This document shows, one piece after another, positions 57,236 to 64,000 of a stretch of 64,000 bases of DNA. A program made the translations under genes and the position numbers. Origin of the DNA: Nemertoderma westbladi (taxonomy: Eukaryota; Animalia; Xenacoelomorpha). Each line of letters opens with the position of its first letter. The stretch's first letter is position 1. The notes beneath the pieces were generated by a model, which made no database searches, had not been told where the DNA came from, and saw only the letters and a list, made by a program, of their open reading frames with translations. Location of the stretch: assembly GCA_032718475.1 (NCBI GenBank), contig JAUCBJ010008361.1, positions 1 through 64,000 on the forward strand, in the 5' to 3' direction.

Positions 57236-58493
57236 CCCTATTACCACTGGGGTGTTTTGACCATTAGCACCACTGGGGGGGGGGGGCCGATTCGGCCCAC
57301 CCACTATATTTTTGTAGTCGTCCAATGAAATCCTACAAAATTTGGGCTGTTGGTGAAACAACTATAGATGAACACTACCAAACCTTAAAAAATTTAAATT
57401 TCATAAGCAGGGTCTCATAATTTTGATGAAAAATAAACGTAGTCCCAGGACAAAATTACAAAATTTTTCGTTTTCTAAAAACTGATAGTGTGGCAGTGTT
57501 GGCTAGATTTAGTAGGTTTTTCAAGACGCTGAATCGAATGTGATTATATTCCACTTCCAAAAATTGAAGTGGATGCTATTTTTCGTGCACCTAAGAAGTG
57601 GGCGTGGCACTTCAAATTTTGAAAAATTAGATATTCAGAAAATGCCCCTAATTTTTTTATTTCAACGCATCTTTATGGGTTTTCTGGGCCGCTGAATCGA
57701 TTGAAAGTAATATAGAAGCCTGAAGACTGAGTGGTTCGCCATTTTTGGTGCACCAAAATTAGGGCGTGGCACTTCAAATTTTGAAAAATACGAGATTCGG
57801 AAAATAAACCAAAATTGAAAATTTAACGAATTTATATAGGTTTTCCAGACCGCTGAATCGATTGAAAGTAATATAGAAGCCTGAAGACTTAGATGTTAGC
57901 CATTTTTTGAAATCAAAACTTTAGTGTTTTTTCCGAATAAAGTAATTTTGAAAATTTGAAGTGCCACGCCCTAATTTTGGTGCACCAAAAATGGCGAACC
58001 ACTAAGTCTTCAGGCTTCTATATTACTTTCAATCGATTCAGCGCTCCAGAAAACCTATAAAAATGCTTTGCAAATCAAAACTTTAGTGTATTTTCCGAAT
58101 CTCGTATTTTTCAAAATTTGAAGTGCCACGCCCTAATTTTGGTGCACCAAAAATGGCGAACCACTACACTTACATACTTGTATAGAACATTAGAGTGATC
58201 CAAACCAATAAAAATAAATAAAAATAGCCCAAACATAAATAATTACTAAATCACGAATGACTTTGTAAAATTCGAAAATTTCAAAAAATTTGGTGCTGGA
58301 GACCAAATTTTGAGGTGGTACCCACATCGAAAAGTAGAAATCCAATTGCAACGGCGTTTTTTGCAAAAGATGCGGCATTAAATTTGGCTAATTCTCACAA
58401 AAAAATGGGCCGGTACGTAATGTGGTTGCATAGTTACAGCAACTAAAAACTAGGAAGGGGCCGATTCGGCCCCCCCCCCCAGTGCTAATAGGG
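57236..58493. mobile_element. piggyBac-like MITE
   Basis: TTAA at 57232-57235 and 58494-58497; 17-bp TIR CCCTATTA(C/G)CACTGGGG; internal direct and inverted repeats; removal restores YGILMWG in the LINE. Confidence 0.9.
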
Positions 58494-58497
58494 TTAA

Positions 58498-59078
58498 TGT
58501 GGGGAAATAGCTACAACTATAACACGTCGAAAATAAAAGTAAAAATAAATAAGATAATCAGAGCAATAACATTTAGCCATTACCAAGCGCATGCAGCACC
58601 TATTTATAAATCTCTACAAATCCTCCCACTAGAAAAATTATTTGACCTAGAAGTAGCTAAATTTATGTACGACATTAACAAACATAAGAAAACTGAAACC
58701 ATGCAAAAAATATTCCGTCACACAAGTACAATACACAAATATTCCACGCGCTCTGCTTCTACACAAAAGTTCTTTGTCCCTCGTGTCCGCTTACAACTTT
58801 CCCAAAATTCTATAAAATATACAGGACCTAAAATTTGGAATGATTTACCCTTAGAACTTAAAAACTCACTATCTAAAAATGCCCTAGCAAATAAATTAAA
58901 AAACGTTTTCTTGATACCTTGTCTTGAAGCTGACGGTAAAGATTCCACAAATAAATTATCCACTTTGCGACTTAGGCATACTGTCCATACTCAAGTTAGA
59001 CCTATACTGTATTTATCTATGTTTGACCTATATACAATAAAACATCTCCAATATATCCAATGTGCAGTATATTCCTGA
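58498..59078 (+). pseudogene. LINE ORF2 part 3: C-terminal region
   Basis: WGNS...KIIRAI...H.YSTR...SIKYTGPKIWNDLP. Confidence 0.85.
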
Positions 59079-59456
59079 TGGGTCCCACTAGCTAGCAACT
59101 GTTTCATAAACATGTTTTTTACATTCCGAGCACCTAAATTACACCCCCCCCCCCCCCCGCCTCTCCTGATCAGTCCACTAAACCTTTCACAGTCATGCAC
59201 CAGTGGAAATCTATACTAGCTTTGCTACAACTGACCACTGGCTGCACCCCAACACCCCACGGCTACGGCATATTATCATTAGGCCTATCATATCACCCAC
59301 ATTCATGAATAAATACTGAATTAAACATTTTATGGTGACCTTTGGTGTTGGGTTTTTGCAATATACTGTATAACGATATCGAAAGGTGAACTTCCGAAAT
59401 TAAAGGCCCGGGCCTATCCCGGATTGAAATTGAAATTGAAATTGAAATTGAACGGA

Positions 59457-59705
59457 GCAGGACAATGCTTTCGCCGTGAGGACCAGCCAGTGCATAATCG
59501 TGTTCTTTGGCAGCCTCATGGAGTGAATAAACATGGTGGATAGCCCATGACTTTCTTGAGACGTTTCTTAAAGAACACTGGTCTTGAAGATGCGGATGAT
59601 CTAGCAAATGTCATGGGTGATAGGGAGTTGTGGCGGCGCAATTTTGTCGACAAGCCGGCACAGCATTCTTAAAAATGCAGCTGCAATGCAGCATGCCGAT
59701 CCTAT
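59457..59705 (+). mobile_element. RTE fragment, right part
   Basis: Matches 37306-37555. Confidence 0.82.
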
Positions 59706-60529
59706 CCTAGGTGGTGACAAATTGTTATTAACTGCAATTTCGTACTAAGCAGTGCACAGTACAGCAGTACCGTACCGGTAGGCCTATTTCATTACTTCCG
59801 AGTCTCTATCGGATCACCAATTCAATGTGTTTTATCTTTTCAATTTCGTAAAAAATAGACGAGTGTTACTTTCTTGCATACGTTAAATACGTTAAATGTC
59901 TACGTTAAATAGAGTTCATGATTCTCGACAAGCAACCAAAATTTCTGCTCTGGAAAATGAGGCGTTCTGGAGAAATTAAACATTTTCTAAAAACCACATA
60001 ATCTGTTGTAGCTGACGTCAGACTGAATGAATTTTCACCAAACTTTATACAAATTTTCTAAACTTTCCCTCTACTACTGTACTTGCCTACTAAGTTTGGT
60101 TCAATTCCGAACCAGCGATGCCGAGAAATTCGCGTTCAAACATTTACCAGACAGACGGACGGACGTACGGACAAACGGACAGACATGCCCCATTGGGGCC
60201 TATATGAACCGTATGCCAAGGCTCAACGACTACGTGTCTCGGCCAACAGTAATTTACCATATTACTCAGACATTGGACTGACAGGAAATTCAATAAACTA
60301 TAATAATCATAATCATAAACGACTTGTCCTACAGGTACGGTAGATGAAACACAACATGAAACACTAGAATGATATCTATAATGATAATATTGTGTTTTAA
60401 CAGTCATTTTGTGATAGTTAGTTGGTTGTTTATTGACAAAATAGCAACAATCAGTGCAAAAATAGTCAACAATAAAGTAACACAATATAGTGGAGCAGAA
60501 ATTGTCCATAATACATTTATAATATTAAT

Positions 60530-60650
60530 AATAATAGATACAATATTTCTAATATTAATAGATACAATATTTAAAATATTAATAGATACAATATTAATAA
60601 TATTAATAGATACAATATTTAAAATATTAATAGATACAATATTAATAATT
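60530..60650. repeat. 24-bp AT-rich tandem repeat (second array at 63048-63173)
   Basis: AATAGATACAATATTAATAATATT-like units. Confidence 0.8.
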
Positions 60651-62265
60651 GTTACGATATATGGCATTGTGCTCAAAACAGCCCATTATACAATATAAAA
60701 TAAAATAAGTTAGATAAGTGTGTTTGCAATGCAATCGCAGTATAATTAGATACGGTAAAAAAACCTACAAGTTTGGTTTATATTCATTTCATTTTATACA
60801 GTATGTAGCATTTAGTACATATATACTGTATATTATAATAAAACCGCAGTGTATTTAATTACGGTGGCAAAAACCTATAATTCTAGTATAGATATTTGCC
60901 GTTATATAGTATCTACCAAATCTACCTAATAATTGTGCTAAAATCGCTTGTATTTCTGTATTAATCAATACAGTAATTGTGTTTAATTTACGTTAAAATA
61001 CGTTTTTAATTATTGTCAAATTAAGTTAGGACAAATTTCGATTTCCTGCTCGCTAATTGGACGAACATCCAGCTGGACATCGTATGATCATGTGATTGTT
61101 AATAGGATTGCGTCATTATAGGCCGCCATCTTTAATTTCCGTTAAATCGAGTTTTTGCAGTGCCGGAACTTTACTGTTTTTCTGCTCTACAATGTGACTT
61201 TGATAATTGATTACTGGTGCTGATTACTGATTATGATTATTCTGATTGATTAAAAACTGCTAAAATGTGATTTGTTTCTAACCTTTACTTCTCTACTCTC
61301 AACTGTCAGAATGTTGCATGCAATTTACGCTTGTGCGGTAACAGCTTACTTTAGCATGTTGGGCTGAGGGATACAGTGCGGGAGCGTCAGTAGGTGAATC
61401 AGTAGGTGACCTGGATGTTTCACGCCAAATGTGGCACGCTAATGTGATATCTTTATTGAGCTAATGTTACACGCTAATGTGATACGCTAATGTGGCTAAT
61501 GTAATACTGGTACGCTAATTCGGCATGCTAATTTGGCATACTAATGCGTTACGGCAGGCATGATTCTTGTATTGTTGGGCGAATGTTTGGCTATTTGTTG
61601 TGATGTTTTAGATAGGCGCTATATTCTTGACTGTTTTCTATTTATAAATAAAATGCTTGCTTGAATTACAGTTTGGGTAAGTAATACAGTATTTAGGCTA
61701 AATCTAGTGTAACCCAGTAGCGTAACTAGTTTGTTACAATTCTGGAATAAAACTAATTTTGGTAGTTAGTGATCCTGTATGTTTAAATAAATCTAGTTCC
61801 TACAAATATTTAGGGTGAATAAAATTAGTATGCAGCATAGTGGAGAGCATAGTGCAGCATAGTGCATCATAGTGGAGAGTAGTTTAGTTTGTTTACGTAT
61901 AGGAATTATTTAAACTGATCTACGCTATGCGGTTATCTTAAAAGGGGTGGGTTCGCCAGTTCTACAATTAGCCGAAAGTGTCACAGGCAGTGGAATTGCT
62001 GATTACAGTCAGCTCCAGGCAGGCATAAGAGTACTTTGGTCCAAACCCGATACTTGTCCGTTTGTAAAATATTAAATATTCTCCGAAACAACACTCGATT
62101 GTCTAGTGAATTGCACCCTTCTCTACGAATGGTGAACAGACTGAGTGCTAAGTCACCTGCACTCATTTTCGTGGCTTAGGAAGTCAGAACCGGAGTCAAT
62201 GTTTTGGTTGATTTAGATTCGGCTTGCTTTTGCTTGATTAGCTTGATATGTGATAGCTTGTTTAA

Positions 62266-62980
62266 GGGGGGGGTACACCATTTTCGGACTACTCTTCGAT
62301 TTATCACTCTCAGCGTTTCAAAATTGTTTGGTTTTGGCTATAATTTGGAATATAAGTGCCTAAGATGCTATTCTACATGACAGGTTAGAAAATTTTTATT
62401 TTTCGCTATTTAATATTAGTTAATACTAGTTAACAACCAAAAAAACTTGGTTGCGCTTAAAACCCTAAGGCTTTTTCAGTTTTGAATCTAATCACATGAA
62501 AGTTTTTTTATATGATAGATCAAAGATGGGGCAACATAACTATCAGGCGAAATTTTGTGAAAATAATTCTGCACCGCTAGGTGGCGCTGCAAATTTATGC
62601 CTAATTTTCAGGTTTGTTATAAATCGTATTAAATTTTATTAACAAATAATTTCGAAAAGTTGTCTGATACTTTTATGCAGGGTGGCTATGTAAACACCCA
62701 CAGATAGTTTCAGACTAATTGCTCAAAAATTGTAGAAGTAGTAGGGTTTTGAAGTTGACAATTTCATAAAAAAAATATTTGGAGATAATCGACCTTTCAT
62801 TATACATAGTAATAGTAATTTCAATAGGAATCCCTAAATGGAAATTGTTATAACTTAAAAACTAAAAGAGCTATTAAATAGCGGTTTTCAGATTTGGAAA
62901 CACCATTCAATGGTGCATTATAATAGATCATAAAAAAAATTTCGACATATTTTTGACCAAAATGGTGTACCCCCCCCCCC
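62266..62980. mobile_element. Kolobok-like non-autonomous DNA transposon
   Basis: TTAA at 62262-62265 and 62981-62984; TIR G(n)TACACCATTTT. Confidence 0.82.
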
Positions 62981-63316
62981 TTAAACCCGTGTGTTCTATT
63001 GGAAAACACAAACATATCAAAAGAATGAAATACTTGGGTATTTTCTTTACAATAATATTAATAGATACAATATTATTAATATTAACATATATAATATTAA
63101 TAATATTAATAGATACAATATTAATAATATCAATAGATACAATATTAATAAAATTAATAGATACAATATTAATAGGTTAGTGATTAATAAATATATATAT
63201 AAAAAATAATAATTTCTTCCAGAAACTTTTATACCAACATTGCCATATCAATTATTAATAATAGCCTTCTGTATTTTACAATACACACATCTAATAATGT
63301 GTAATAATGCTAATAC

Positions 63317-64000
63317 TACGGTGGTGATTTCCGGCCATTTACTACTTTTTTAGTATTTTTTTCATTTTTTTCGAAACTAAGTATTTTTTTAATTTTTTTC
63401 GAAACTAAGTATTTTTTTCATTTTTTCGAAAGTATTTTTTTCATTTTTTTCGAAAGTATTTTTTTCATTTATTGGATAATGTTTCTTAACTGTTCAATAT
63501 TATTATAATATTATGTGCTGTAATTGTTTTTCTGTATTGAAATGACCCAATGTTAAATAGCTAATTTATATTACTGTAATGGAAGAGGCTTTTCATGACT
63601 ATTTTGATCACGGCTATTCGTATGACGAAATTAGGAAACTTTGCAAGGAAAACCACAATGTGATTGTGTCTACAAGGACAATTCGACGTCACATGCATCG
63701 ACTTAACCTTAGAAAACAATTTAATGTAGGAGATATCCCACATATAGTGGCAGCAATTAAACGCGAACCATCATGTGGCTACCGGCACATGAAGATAATT
63801 ATGTTTAAAAAATATGGGATATTTGCCCGTGAAGAAGTTGTTTATTGCATTCAGCGAGTTATTGATTCTGATGGTGTTAAAAGTCGAATAGGTCATAAAA
63901 CCGTACCTCGGGTGTATCATTCCTTGGGACCAAATTTCCTTCATCATATTGATGGTTGGGATAAATTAAAACCATATGGTTTGGCTGTCCACAGTTCCAT
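63317..64000 (+). mobile_element. 5' end of an IS3EU-like DNA transposon (runs off the window)
   Basis: Starts TACGG exactly where homology to 40022-40111 stops; short tandem repeats at 63345-63470; transposase ORF follows. Confidence 0.72.
63579..64000 (+). CDS. IS3/integrase-like transposase N-terminus (partial, not in the ORF track)
   Basis: Open from the ATG at 63579 to the window end: HTH-like GYSYDEI...VSTRTIRRHM, GYRHM, YHSLGPNFLHHIDGWDKLKPYG. Confidence 0.78.
   Translation, partial: MEEAFHDYFDHGYSYDEIRKLCKENHNVIVSTRTIRRHMHRLNLRKQFNVGDIPHIVAAIKREPSCGYRHMKIIMFKKYGIFAREEVVYCIQRVIDSDGVKSRIGHKTVPRVYHSLGPNFLHHIDGWDKLKPYGLAVHSS

Larger units (their letters stand above)
40947..59452 (+). 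mobile_element. CR1-group (CR1/L2/Crack-like) LINE interrupted by BEL copy C and a MITE
   Basis: ORF1, PHD-like/APE/RT ORF2 in three pieces, and an (ATTGAA)n tail at 59421-59452; 5' boundary approximate. Confidence 0.85.

Overview
Eukaryotic, transposon-saturated DNA, probably from an invertebrate; the taxon cannot be determined from the window. It appears to be intronic sequence of a minus-strand extracellular host gene with three visible phase-1/1 exons: cbEGF 40127-40270 and LamG/ConA-like 32629-33312 and 19555-20211. The main content is three copies of one BEL/Pao-derived LTR family (A 1-3989 partial, minus; B 5255-18047; C 44235-56193) and one element of a second BEL/Pao family (D 20858-25730, minus). 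Also present are RTE and CR1-group LINEs, a Gypsy integrase relic, piggyBac-like and Kolobok-like MITEs and IS3EU-like elements. Strongest signal: none of the four BEL elements has a tRNA-type (TGG) primer-binding site. In each one the bases right after the 5' LTR are the reverse complement of a site inside its own LTR, and the two sites change together between copies, which suggests Tf1-like self-priming in BEL/Pao elements. The A/B/C family also has a palindromic-loop hairpin with HIV-DIS geometry and covarying tandem RNA modules in a long AUG-poor leader. B and C further show a Gag-protease ORF with RT and integrase deleted in frame and a second ORF, which in C carries zinc knuckles and a basic tail and in B is decayed. 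All alignments, pairings and counts were done by eye; functional readings are inference.
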